Shown: piece by piece, positions 29,087 through 38,628 of the stretch
How the letters are laid out: each line of letters opens with the position of its first letter
How positions within the stretch are numbered: position 1 is the stretch's first letter
Translations under genes and position numbers: made by a program
The notes under the pieces: model-generated
Told to the model about the DNA's origin: nothing
What the model saw: the letters and a program-made list of their open reading frames with translations, nothing else
Databases searched by the model: none
Source of the DNA: Myxococcota bacterium
Lineage (GTDB): Bacteria > Myxococcota_A > Polyangia > Nannocystales > Nannocystaceae
NCBI GenBank assembly: GCA_039194325.1
Contig: JBCCWC010000008.1
Coordinates: 76,019-140,018 of the forward strand
DNA length: 64,000 nucleotides
Direction of reading: 5' to 3'

Positions 29087-29115
29087 TTGACAGTTGACCC
29101 ATGGTCACTTATTAC
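29087..29115 (+). promoter_or_regulatory. Sigma70-like promoter with overlapping palindromic operator
   Basis: TTGACA (29087-92), 17-nt spacer, TATTAC; TGACC-CAT-GGTCA (29095-29107) lies inside the spacer. Confidence 0.65.
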
Positions 29116-29168
29116 TCCAACTCGTCGTATCGACGATCGACGTACCGCGACCGAAACCGAGGTTTACG

Positions 29169-30611
29169 ATGGACGGCTCCGCTCCTTCCTCCGTGTTCAC
29201 GCCCAAGCGGGCGGTCCCCGAGCTGCACGGGGATGCCCTCAATGCTCGCATCGACGAGATCTACGAAGCACAGCGCAAGCACTTCGCCAGCGGTCGCACG
29301 CGGCCCTTGTCGGCGCGCGAGGATGCGCTGCGCTCGTTGCTGCACGCCTTCGAGACCAAGGAGAAGCTCATCATCGACGCTCTGCACGCCGATCTGCACA
29401 AGAGCACGGCGGAGGCTTACCTCACGGAGGTCGGCTACACGACGGCCGAGATCAAGCACGCGCTGCGCCATTTGGGCCGCTGGATGAAGCCGCAGTCGTG
29501 GCTGGCCCCGCTGGGGGTCGCGCCCTCGCGCAGCACGGTGCACTACCAGCCGCTGGGCATGAACCTCATCATCGCGCCCTGGAACTACCCGGTGCAGCTG
29601 GCCTTTGCTCCGCTGGTCGGAGCGCTGGCCGCGGGCAACGTGGCGGTGATCAAGCCCTCCGAGATGGCCCCGGCGTCGTCGGCCGCGTGCACCGAGATCG
29701 CGCGCGAGGCCTTGGCCGAAGAACACGTGGCCCTGCTCGAGGGCGGCGTGGAGACCTCGCAGGCCCTGCTCGCGCGTCGCTGGGACCACATCTTCTTTAC
29801 CGGCGGCACCAGCATCGGCCGGATCGTGGCCAAGGCGGGGGCCGAGCACCTGTCGCGCGTGACGCTGGAGCTGGGAGGCAAGAGCCCGACGATCGTCACC
29901 GCCTCGGCCGATCTGGACGTGGCCGCGCGCCGGATCGTGTGGGCGAAGTTCATCAACGCCGGGCAGACCTGCGTGGCTCCCGACTACTTGCTGGTCGAGG
30001 CCTCGGTGCACGACGGGCTGCTGTCGCGCATGAAGGCGGCGCTTGTCGACTTCTTCGGCAAGGATCCGCAGACCAGCCCCGACCTGGGGCGGATCATCAA
30101 CGACCACCACTTCCAGCGCCTGGTGCGGCTGCTCGACCCCAACAAGGTCGTGGTGGGCGGGACCCACGTGGAGGCCGAGCGCTACATCGCCCCCACCTTG
30201 ATGACCGACGTGACCATGGACGACGCGGTCATGGGCGAGGAGATCTTCGGGCCGATCTTGCCGATCATGCGCGTCGACTCGCTCGAGGAGGCGATCGCCA
30301 CGGTCGAGCAGCGGCCCAACCCGCTGGCGCTCTACCTGTTCACCACTAGCGCGCAGGACGAGCGCACGGTGATCGAGCGGGTCTCCTTCGGGGGTGGCTG
30401 CATCAACAGCGCGATCACCCACCTGGCCGACCCACGGCTGCCCTTCGGCGGGATCGGCGAGAGCGGGATCGGGGCCTACCACGGCCGCGACTCCTTCGAG
30501 GTCTTCTCGCACCGCAAGGGGATCATGAAGATGGCCAACTTCCTCGATCCCTCGATCAAGTACCCGCCCTACGAGGGGAAGATGGGGATCTTGCGCCGTC
30601 TGATCGGCTGA
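29169..30611 (+). CDS. Aldehyde dehydrogenase (ALDH3/coniferyl-aldehyde-type)
   Basis: PWNYP, IKPSE, FTGG, LELGGKSP, NAGQTCVAPDY, EEIFGP, PFGGIGESG. Confidence 0.96.
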   Translation: MDGSAPSSVFTPKRAVPELHGDALNARIDEIYEAQRKHFASGRTRPLSAREDALRSLLHAFETKEKLIIDALHADLHKSTAEAYLTEVGYTTAEIKHALRHLGRWMKPQSWLAPLGVAPSRSTVHYQPLGMNLIIAPWNYPVQLAFAPLVGALAAGNVAVIKPSEMAPASSAACTEIAREALAEEHVALLEGGVETSQALLARRWDHIFFTGGTSIGRIVAKAGAEHLSRVTLELGGKSPTIVTASADLDVAARRIVWAKFINAGQTCVAPDYLLVEASVHDGLLSRMKAALVDFFGKDPQTSPDLGRIINDHHFQRLVRLLDPNKVVVGGTHVEAERYIAPTLMTDVTMDDAVMGEEIFGPILPIMRVDSLEEAIATVEQRPNPLALYLFTTSAQDERTVIERVSFGGGCINSAITHLADPRLPFGGIGESGIGAYHGRDSFEVFSHRKGIMKMANFLDPSIKYPPYEGKMGILRRLIG

Positions 30612-30647
30612 CCCGCTAGCTCGTCGCCGCCGCCCACGAGTGTCGCC

Positions 30648-31325
30648 ATGGCCGTCAAGCAACGCGCTCGCAACCACGAGGACAAGATCGCCCGCCGCCA
30701 GGCCATCTTGGCCGTGGCCGCTCGCCTGCTCGGCCGCCACCAGTACCACCGGATCACCATGGCCGAGGTGGCCCGACGCTGCGGCCTGGCCAAGGGTACG
30801 CTCTACCTCTATTTCCGCAGCAAGGAGGAGCTGTTCCTCGCCGCCCTCGAGGAGCAGCTGGCCGCGTGGCTCGATGCGCTGGCGGTCGAGCTGGCCGCCC
30901 TGGAGCCCGGGCCCCCCGGTGCCCCCGAGCGCTTCGCGGCGGTGGTCGCCCACACGCTGGCCGCCCGGGAGACCCTGTCCGATCTGCTGCCGCTGCTGCA
31001 CACCGTGCTCGAGCAAAACATCGACATCGACACCGCCGCCGCCTTCAAGCAGATGTTGCTGGACAAGGTCGGATCGGGCGGCCTGGCGGTCGAGCGCGCC
31101 GTGCCGGGCCTGCCCCCCGGCGACGGCGTCAAGGTGCTGCTGCGCCTGCACGCGCTGCTGGTCGGCCTGCGGCAGATGGCCGACCCCTCTCCGACGGTCG
31201 CCGAGGTCCTCACGCGCCCCGAGATGGCCCCCCTACGGATCGAGTTTGAGAGCGAGCTGTCCGCGAGCCTGGCCGCGATGGTCCGGGGAATGCTGCGCAT
31301 GCACCCCCTGCCCGCTCCCGAGTGA
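30648..31325 (+). CDS. TetR family regulator
   Basis: ITMAEVARRCGLAKGTLYLYFRSKEELFL HTH. Confidence 0.93.
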   Translation: MAVKQRARNHEDKIARRQAILAVAARLLGRHQYHRITMAEVARRCGLAKGTLYLYFRSKEELFLAALEEQLAAWLDALAVELAALEPGPPGAPERFAAVVAHTLAARETLSDLLPLLHTVLEQNIDIDTAAAFKQMLLDKVGSGGLAVERAVPGLPPGDGVKVLLRLHALLVGLRQMADPSPTVAEVLTRPEMAPLRIEFESELSASLAAMVRGMLRMHPLPAPE

Positions 31326-31385
31326 ACTGCCGGTGGGGCTCAACCCGTGCACCAATGTCGATGACCGAATCCGGAGACGCGCCAC

Positions 31386-31631
31386 ATGTACATGACCATC
31401 CGAGATGAGCTCATCGCCCAAGGTCGAGCCGATGGCATGGCCGACGGCAAGGCCGACGGCAGGGCCGAAATGCTGGCCGAAATGCTGGCGAGACTACTCG
31501 ATACCCGCGGGTTCGCACTCGCCGAGGAGTTCCGCAAGCGAATTGCCAACTGCAAGGACGAGGCTCTGCTTCGTCGATGGTTCGATCGTGCCGTCACCGC
31601 CACGACGCTGACCGAGGTTTTCGACGACTGA
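31386..31631 (+). CDS. Stand-alone Rpn C-terminal-like (DUF4351-like) small protein
   Basis: MTIRDELIAQGRADGMADGKADGRAE...RIANCKDEALLRRWFDRAVTATTLTEVF; GGAG upstream; in-frame stop just upstream, so no N-terminal nuclease. Confidence 0.7.
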   Translation: MYMTIRDELIAQGRADGMADGKADGRAEMLAEMLARLLDTRGFALAEEFRKRIANCKDEALLRRWFDRAVTATTLTEVFDD

Positions 31632-31746
31632 CCCACCCGGCCGTCTTCTCAACGACCCACCGCGCTTTTCGGGCCGCTCGCTTCATCTACTACATCGGGC
31701 GGCTCTATGGACGCTGCACCCGCCAGTACGCGCTCCAACGCGCAGA

Positions 31747-33138
31747 TCAGCGCGGTGTTCGCGGCCCTAGCTGGTCGGAGCGGTCCTGCGAGATCCGGTA
31801 GCGCTCGAGCACGCGAGCGTGGGCTTGCCGGACGGAGCTCACGTCGAGCACGACCAGGCAACCGCTCGACATCTCCAGGCGTAAGGTGTCCTTGGCGCCC
31901 TGCACCCGGTGGACGAAATCCTCCAGATCCCGCGGCTGGTGCCCGTCGACCGTGACCACCGACTCGCAGTAGCGCGCCTCGTAGCCCACGTTGACCTCGT
32001 CGGCCAACACCTGGGTCAGGGCCACCACTTCCTGCTGCTGCTCGGTGGGCATGCCAAAGTAGAAGTGATAGAGGAACTCCTTGGGCGCGACGTCCCACCA
32101 CTTGCTCCAGGTCTGTAGGAAATTGAGGGACAGAGGCTGGAAGACCAGCCCGGCGTAGACGAAGTAGCGAGGGCGCACGTCGTACTGGCTATAGGCCACC
32201 AGCGGAGCCGAGGCCTTCAAGGTCAGGTCGACCTCGGTCCGCTGCCCGTCGCGAAGCAGCACCAACGGCAGCCGGTCACCGATGTAGTGATCGCCAAGCA
32301 CCACCGAGTACCCCGTGCGGTGCTGCCCCAAGTATTGGATCGTGGCGTTGTTGGCGACCGGGTAGCCGTCGATCTGCAAGAGCGCATCACCGGGTCGGAC
32401 CACGCCGTGGGCCGACCCCCCGTAGGCCACCGAACGAACCATCACGCCGCTATCGCCAGGTCCCATCTTCAGGTACCGACGCAGCGTAGGGTTCTCCAGG
32501 GTTTGCCCGCGGATCCCCAGCCCTGGCACCGCCAGCGGTCGTGATTGCTCCACACCGGTCAAGAACCGCCGGATCAGCCGGACCGGGACCATCTCGCCGA
32601 TGTTCTCCGCCTCGTCGAGGCTCTGGAAGGCGATCCCCACGACTCGATCTTCGAAGAACACCGGGCCTCCGCTGTTGCCGTCGTTGATCGCCGCATCGAC
32701 GGTGACCGCCAGCAGGCGGCGATCGGAGTGGGAGTAGCGCTGGATCTCGATCCGCGAGACCACGCCCTCGGTCACCGACAGCTCCTCGCCCCCCACGGGG
32801 AAACCCACCACGGAGACCTTGTCACCTCGACCGGGCAGCTCGCCCAGCTCGGCGATCTCCACCCCTTCCATGAACGCCGGTTCGTCGACCTCGAGCAGGG
32901 CGAGATCGGCGTCGTGACAGACTCCGATCGCACGCGCGGTGAACTTGTCGGGGGAGACCGTCGTCTGCACCCGGATGAAGGTGGCGTTGGCCACCACGTG
33001 AGCGCCGGTGAGGATCCGCCGCGGACCGATCACGACCCCCGAGCCCGTCCCGCTGGCAGGCATCGATGCCTGCCACGGGTTGTCGTAGTCGGGCTCTTGG
33101 GTCGTGGCGAAGATCCGAACGACGGAGTTTGGCCGCAT
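31747..33138 (-). CDS. S1C (HtrA/DegP2-like) serine protease with PDZ domains
   Basis: GSGVVI, TGAHVV, DLALL, DAAINDGNSGGP catalytic triad motifs. Confidence 0.92.
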   Translation of the reverse strand: MRPNSVVRIFATTQEPDYDNPWQASMPASGTGSGVVIGPRRILTGAHVVANATFIRVQTTVSPDKFTARAIGVCHDADLALLEVDEPAFMEGVEIAELGELPGRGDKVSVVGFPVGGEELSVTEGVVSRIEIQRYSHSDRRLLAVTVDAAINDGNSGGPVFFEDRVVGIAFQSLDEAENIGEMVPVRLIRRFLTGVEQSRPLAVPGLGIRGQTLENPTLRRYLKMGPGDSGVMVRSVAYGGSAHGVVRPGDALLQIDGYPVANNATIQYLGQHRTGYSVVLGDHYIGDRLPLVLLRDGQRTEVDLTLKASAPLVAYSQYDVRPRYFVYAGLVFQPLSLNFLQTWSKWWDVAPKEFLYHFYFGMPTEQQQEVVALTQVLADEVNVGYEARYCESVVTVDGHQPRDLEDFVHRVQGAKDTLRLEMSSGCLVVLDVSSVRQAHARVLERYRISQDRSDQLGPRTPR

Positions 33139-33268
33139 GTCCGGCCAGGCTAGCTCGCCTGCCGCCCCGGGGCCAAGGGCTCGACCGCCGGTGAGCCGCG
33201 CGCCACACCGCTGTCGACATCACCAGCCGTGCGCCTGGACGTGTCGTCGTGGCACTCGGGATGAGTGC

Positions 33269-36200
33269 CTACCCCGACTCCACGCCCGACTCCACGCCCG
33301 ACTCCACGTGACGTTCGGCCAGCCATGCCCGAACCTCCGCGAGGCAGATCCCCGTCTCGCCGCAGATCCCTATCGTGGCGAACGCCTCCCGGGCCTGCTC
33401 GGCCAACGCGCGGGCTCGCACCCGGTCGCCAGAGTCATCGCCATCACCCCACAGCACACGGGCAAGCACGAAACGAGCCTCGGCCCACGGCACTGACCCG
33501 CGGGGCGCCTGCTCAGAAACCGAGACCGCACGCTCGGCATGCTGGCGTGCGAGCTCGAGATCCCCCTCCCACAGCGCAACCATCGCCAGCCCCACCCAGG
33601 AGTAGACCGACTCCGGATGATCGGCCCCCAGCGCCTCGTGCTTGATCTGTCGAGCGCGCGTGAAGTAGCCCTTCGCTTCTTCGTACTCTCCCTCGTGAAG
33701 GGACAAATTGCCCAGGTTGTCCAAGACCAAGGCCACCTGAGGATGTTCGGCCCCCAGCGACGCCTCCCTCGTGTGCAAGGCTCGCTCGAAGTAGCCCTTG
33801 GCCTCCTCGTGCTCGGCCTTGCGCATGTGCATGCTCCCCAGGCCGAGCAAGACCGATACGACCTGGGGATGCTCGGGCCCCAGCGCCTTCTCCCGGGTCG
33901 ATAGCGCCCTCTCGAGGCACTCCTTGGCCTCCTCGAAGGCTCCCAGGTACATGTGCGCACGCCCCAGGTTGTGCAAGATTAGGGCGACCTGGGGATGCTC
34001 GATCCCCAACGTCTTCTCTCGTATCTGCAATGCCCGTTCGAGATAGCCCTTGGCCTCCTCGTACTCCCCTTGGGTCGCATATACGCTGCCCAGGTTACTG
34101 AGCCCCATGGCCACCTGGGGATGCTCGGGTCCCAGCACCTCGCCCACGATCCGCAGCGCTCGCTCGAAGCAGCCCTTGGCCTCCTCGTACTCCCCCTGGC
34201 GTGTGTGTACATTGCCCAGGTTGATCAGGATCAAGGCCACATTGAAATCATCGGCCCCTGCCGCCTGCTCCATCAGCCGCAGCGCTCGCTCGAAGTAGCC
34301 CTTGGCCTCCTCGTACTCCCCTTGTTGACCGCACACACTGCCCAGCCGGTCCAGGCTATGGGCGACCTGGGTCTTGTTGGTGCCAGCGGCGATCCGCTCG
34401 GCCAAGGGCACGGCCACCTTGCCCCAAAGCCGCCCTTCGGCGGGCCTGTCTTGCCAGACTCCCACGACAAAGGTCAACGACTGAGCGGCGCGGAGCACCA
34501 CCTCGTCGTGCCCATGCCGCAGGGCCTGCGCGTGGGCCTGCTCGAGGGCTTGCTCGGCGTCCTCGTACCGGCCATTACGGTTGAGCAGATCTCCATGCCA
34601 GTATTGGGCCTCGGCCAGCAGCGGGGGATATCCCAGGGCTCGTGCCTGCTGCACCACAGACTCGACCTGCGCCAGCGCGTCGACGTACTGGCCCGCGATG
34701 CTCGCGGCCTCGATGTCCGCGAGCTGCTCGCGCATGGCGTCCACCTGCTGGGCCACCTCGGGGTCCTTGGGCGGAGGCATGCGCTGGTCGTACTGCTCCA
34801 GCCAGTCCAGGTCGTCGCAGCGGGTCACCACGGGCAACCCCCCGACGAGCTTCACCGCTCGGTCCACGACCGCGGCGTCGGCCCGCGCCAGCCGATCCAC
34901 CGCGGCCCGCAACGCGGTGCGGTCCCGACCCAGGCAGGCCATGCGCAGGTGCATGGCTTCGTGGGTCTGCTCCCCTCGCACGCTGGTGGCCTCGCAGACC
35001 TCCGCGTGCTTGCGGGTCCAGTCGTCGGCATAGGCATCGAGCTGCAACTCCACCCGATTCCAGGTGTCGGGCGCATGAGGCCGCGCTGTGCCCAGGAGCG
35101 CCGCCTTCACCTCTTGCCGGCGGGCATCGCCCCAGATGCCGTCGAGCTCGGCGCGGGATCCTGTGCAGCGCTTGGCCATGTCGGCCTGGTAGGCCAGCGC
35201 CGCCCCCAGACCCCCCAGCCCCAGCGTAACCCCCGCCCCCAGCCCCAGCCAACGCCCCCTGCGCGGCGCCACCTGTTGCCGCAGCTGCTCGACCAAAGTC
35301 GACATCGACGGCCACCGCTGCTCGGGATCGGCGGCCAACCCCCGCAGCAACACCTTGCGTAGACGGACGGGGACCGCACTGCCCTTGGGTGCTGGCCGAG
35401 CCTTCGCACGGAGGATCGAAAACAACAGCGCCGTCAGCGTTCTGCCCGCAAACGGGCGCTCGCCGTAGAGCGCCTCGTAAAGCGCCACGCAGAAGCTGAA
35501 CTGATCGCTTTGGACGTTGATGTCTTGGCCCCTCAGCTGCTCGGGCGACATATACGAGGGGGTGCCCACCACGACACCGACCTCGGTCAACGACTCGTCC
35601 ATTGAGTTACGCTCTTTTCGATCCGTACTCGTCAGTGACTGGTCGATGCTCCGCTCGTTGTGGAGCTCGCCCGCCCGCCGTACTAGCCCAAAATCGAGCA
35701 CCCGGGCCCGCCCTTCGTCGTCGATGATGGCATTGCTGGGCTTGAAATCACGGTGAATGAGTCCACGCTCGTGGGCCGCGGCCAAGCCGGTACCCAGCTG
35801 CATGAACACATCGACGCATGCTCGCCAGGTGGGCCGCGGCTGCGTGCTCATCCACTCTGCAAGCGTCTGGCCTTCGACCAACTCCATGGACACGAACGTC
35901 CGCCCCCGGGTCTGGCCCACCTCGTACACCTGCACCACGTTGGGGTGGGACAGCTTGGCCATGGCCTGGGCTTCGCGCAGCAAGCGAGCCGTGTGCGTCG
36001 GATCGCACTCTTGGTGAAGGACCTTGAGCGCGACCCATCGATCCAGGGAGGGATCGATGGCCTTGAACACCACCCCTCCGCCCCCCTGACCCAGGAGCCC
36101 CAAGACCACGTAGCGCTCCACCTCGAATGGGCGCCCCGACGTGCCCAGCCACTCCAGCGGCGACCACTCGTGCTCGGCCGCGCTGGCCCGATCGCCGAGT

Positions 36201-36427
36201 GCGAGCATCGGCACCTTGGGCACGTCGACCGTGTCTTCGACATCGGGGAGGACCGAGTCCCCGCCTACCGACAGCACCGCGCTGCGATCGGCGCTCTGGA
36301 CCGATGCGGGCGGGGACGACTTCACCCCATGGAGATCGACCGGCTGCGTCGCCGCAGCGCTCGTGTCGTTGCGTCCCCGGTCACCGCCCCCGGCTTCCGG
36401 TCGAGGACCGCGTCCAGATCTCTGCAT
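33269..36427 (-). CDS. Ser/Thr protein kinase with TM segment and TPR repeats
   Basis: GQGGGG, VALK, HRDFKPSN, DFG, GTPSYMSPE; GxEHPQVA TPR repeats; paralog of 25283..28327. Confidence 0.95.
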   Translation of the reverse strand: MQRSGRGPRPEAGGGDRGRNDTSAAATQPVDLHGVKSSPPASVQSADRSAVLSVGGDSVLPDVEDTVDVPKVPMLALGDRASAAEHEWSPLEWLGTSGRPFEVERYVVLGLLGQGGGGVVFKAIDPSLDRWVALKVLHQECDPTHTARLLREAQAMAKLSHPNVVQVYEVGQTRGRTFVSMELVEGQTLAEWMSTQPRPTWRACVDVFMQLGTGLAAAHERGLIHRDFKPSNAIIDDEGRARVLDFGLVRRAGELHNERSIDQSLTSTDRKERNSMDESLTEVGVVVGTPSYMSPEQLRGQDINVQSDQFSFCVALYEALYGERPFAGRTLTALLFSILRAKARPAPKGSAVPVRLRKVLLRGLAADPEQRWPSMSTLVEQLRQQVAPRRGRWLGLGAGVTLGLGGLGAALAYQADMAKRCTGSRAELDGIWGDARRQEVKAALLGTARPHAPDTWNRVELQLDAYADDWTRKHAEVCEATSVRGEQTHEAMHLRMACLGRDRTALRAAVDRLARADAAVVDRAVKLVGGLPVVTRCDDLDWLEQYDQRMPPPKDPEVAQQVDAMREQLADIEAASIAGQYVDALAQVESVVQQARALGYPPLLAEAQYWHGDLLNRNGRYEDAEQALEQAHAQALRHGHDEVVLRAAQSLTFVVGVWQDRPAEGRLWGKVAVPLAERIAAGTNKTQVAHSLDRLGSVCGQQGEYEEAKGYFERALRLMEQAAGADDFNVALILINLGNVHTRQGEYEEAKGCFERALRIVGEVLGPEHPQVAMGLSNLGSVYATQGEYEEAKGYLERALQIREKTLGIEHPQVALILHNLGRAHMYLGAFEEAKECLERALSTREKALGPEHPQVVSVLLGLGSMHMRKAEHEEAKGYFERALHTREASLGAEHPQVALVLDNLGNLSLHEGEYEEAKGYFTRARQIKHEALGADHPESVYSWVGLAMVALWEGDLELARQHAERAVSVSEQAPRGSVPWAEARFVLARVLWGDGDDSGDRVRARALAEQAREAFATIGICGETGICLAEVRAWLAERHVESGVESGVESG
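33273..33308. repeat. 12-bp tandem repeat x3 (CCCGACTCCACG) at the kinase 3' end
   Basis: Exact triplication encoding VESG-VESG-VESG. Confidence 0.9.
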
Positions 36428-36609
36428 GTCTCATTCCCGCTCGTCGCTCCACAGGCCCTGTCAATCATACGGTAGCTGCCCAGACGATCGGGAAAAGACC
36501 GCCCGCCCTAGCAACCTGCCAAGCGCGAAAACGAGGCCACCGCTGCCAGCGACCCCAAGAGCGCTGAGACCACGCCAGCGGGCGCGGAGTCGGAAGTCCC
36601 CCTGCTGGA

Positions 36610-38628
36610 CTAGTCCTGCGTAGTGGTCGAAATCGACGCGGGTGGTCCGCCTGCTGGTTCGTCCGTCGCCGCGTCCGTCGCTGCATCGCCGAGGGCCTCG
36701 ATGACCGGCTCGACGGCATCGAACGCCGCGCGCAGCGAAGGCAGCAGCGCATCGGTGGCATCTCCGGCGCGAGCGGCCACCTCGATCGCGCTGGCGATCC
36801 GGCCCACGCCCGCCGCCCCCACGCTCAGACTCGCGCTCCGCAAAAGGTGAGCGGCACGAGCCCGCCGGCTCGGATCGCTCGCCTGCTCGACGGCCTCGAT
36901 CTGCGCCGGCGCTTGCCCCAGATAGAGCCGCGTCACCTCCGCCAAGATCCCGGGCTGGCCCTGCTCGAGCGCCCGTAGCTCGTCCACGACCCCCGGATCC
37001 AAGACCCCCGACTCCAAGACCCCCGACTCCAAGAGGGTGTCGGCTCCCACCCGTGCCGACTCAGCTCCGCCCACCTCCGACGAGGCCGGCGGCGTCCCCT
37101 CGCGCCGACCCGGCGGGTCAGAGCCGGCGCTCGAGCCCGAACCACGCTCGGGCGCGCCGACGGGTGGCCGCACGTGCTCGGCGATCATCGCGAGCATCGA
37201 CGCCCGACTAAAGGGCTTGCTGAGTAAGCCAGCGATCCCCGACGAGCCCAGCCTCCGCACACGATCCTCGTCGACATAGCCGCTGGAGATCAGCACGGGA
37301 ACCTCGGGCTGGATCTCGTGCATGATCTCCAGGACCTCCTCGCCCGACATTCGGGGCAGATCGAGATCCAGCATCACGATGCCGATCCGTGCCGCGTGGT
37401 CACGAAAGACCTCGAGCCCCTCGAGCCCCTCGGCGGCCACGAGCACCTCGGCCCCTTCGGCTTCCAGCACCCGAGACGTGATCGAACGAACCACCGCGTC
37501 GTCGTCCACCATCAGCACCACCATCCCCGGCGGCAGCGAGGCGACCACGGGGTACTCCGGGGACGCTCCCCCTTCGACGCGAATGAAGGGCAGCCGCACC
37601 GTCACGCTGGTTCCCTGGCCCGGCTCGCTAGACACCGCCAGCCTGCCGCGATGCTCACGAACCACCCGATCGACGGTCGCGAGCCCGAGCCCCGTCCCGT
37701 GACCGCGGGGCTTGGTGGTAAAGAAGGGATCCAGCGCTCGCTCCAGGGTATGCGGATCCATGCCCTCGCCCGTGTCGGTCACCTCGACCACCGCCTTGTC
37801 GTCCGAGCGCTGCACCCGGACCACTATTTGCCCGCCCTGGGGCATGGCATCGGCGCCGTTGGACACGAGATTGACGATGACCTGGAACATCTGGGACGAC
37901 GATCCATAGACACCGACCCCCGCCTCGATCTCGGGCCGAATGACCACGGTCCGCGGCACCATGCGGCACAGCAGCTGCACGGCATCGGTGGCGACCTTCG
38001 CCAGGTCGACCTGCTCGTACCGGGTGGTACCACCGCGGGCAAAGCTCATCAGCTGACCGGTCAGCTCCGCGCCGCGACGAGCCGCGTCGTCGAGATCGCG
38101 AAGGCACGCCCCCACCCGAGCATCGGCGCCGCACAGATCCCGCAGCAGATCCATCCCCACGGTGAACGCAGCCAGGATGTTATTGAAATCGTGGACGATC
38201 CCTCCCGCTAGCTCGCCCAGCATCTGGAGCTTCTGGACCTGCATGACCTGGTCGTCGAGCGGGGTGTCGCGGGTGAACAGCAAGACCGTGCTGGCGCCGA
38301 TCGTGATCTTGTCGCCAAAGGCGAGGTGGGAGCGCTTGACCGCCACCCCGTTGACGAAGGTCCCGTTGCGACTGCCCAGATCCTCGATGAAGAACCCCGA
38401 CATGGGGTCGTAGCCGAGCTGAGCGTGCCGACGCGAGGTCCCGTCGTCTTCGACGACTACCTCGCACTGCGCGTCGCGACCGAGGACCGCCCCCGGGTGC
38501 ACCTGCATCCGCTGGCCCGTGCGAGGCCCGAGCGCGTGGACCAGCTGAGCTCGATCATCGTGGACCGGGCCGGTGCTGGGACCCTTGTCGCGCAGGAGCT
38601 TCGTCTCCTTGGTGGGATCCATGTTCAT
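36610..38628 (-). CDS. FHA-domain hybrid histidine kinase (FHA-HisKA-HATPase-REC-Hpt)
   Basis: GR...SRRHA...DLGSRNGTFVNG (FHA); HDFNN; FFTTKPRGHGTGLGL; VDDD...D..P...KP; AHLLRSASLSVGA (Hpt). Confidence 0.92.
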   Translation of the reverse strand: MNMDPTKETKLLRDKGPSTGPVHDDRAQLVHALGPRTGQRMQVHPGAVLGRDAQCEVVVEDDGTSRRHAQLGYDPMSGFFIEDLGSRNGTFVNGVAVKRSHLAFGDKITIGASTVLLFTRDTPLDDQVMQVQKLQMLGELAGGIVHDFNNILAAFTVGMDLLRDLCGADARVGACLRDLDDAARRGAELTGQLMSFARGGTTRYEQVDLAKVATDAVQLLCRMVPRTVVIRPEIEAGVGVYGSSSQMFQVIVNLVSNGADAMPQGGQIVVRVQRSDDKAVVEVTDTGEGMDPHTLERALDPFFTTKPRGHGTGLGLATVDRVVREHRGRLAVSSEPGQGTSVTVRLPFIRVEGGASPEYPVVASLPPGMVVLMVDDDAVVRSITSRVLEAEGAEVLVAAEGLEGLEVFRDHAARIGIVMLDLDLPRMSGEEVLEIMHEIQPEVPVLISSGYVDEDRVRRLGSSGIAGLLSKPFSRASMLAMIAEHVRPPVGAPERGSGSSAGSDPPGRREGTPPASSEVGGAESARVGADTLLESGVLESGVLDPGVVDELRALEQGQPGILAEVTRLYLGQAPAQIEAVEQASDPSRRARAAHLLRSASLSVGAAGVGRIASAIEVAARAGDATDALLPSLRAAFDAVEPVIEALGDAATDAATDEPAGGPPASISTTTQD

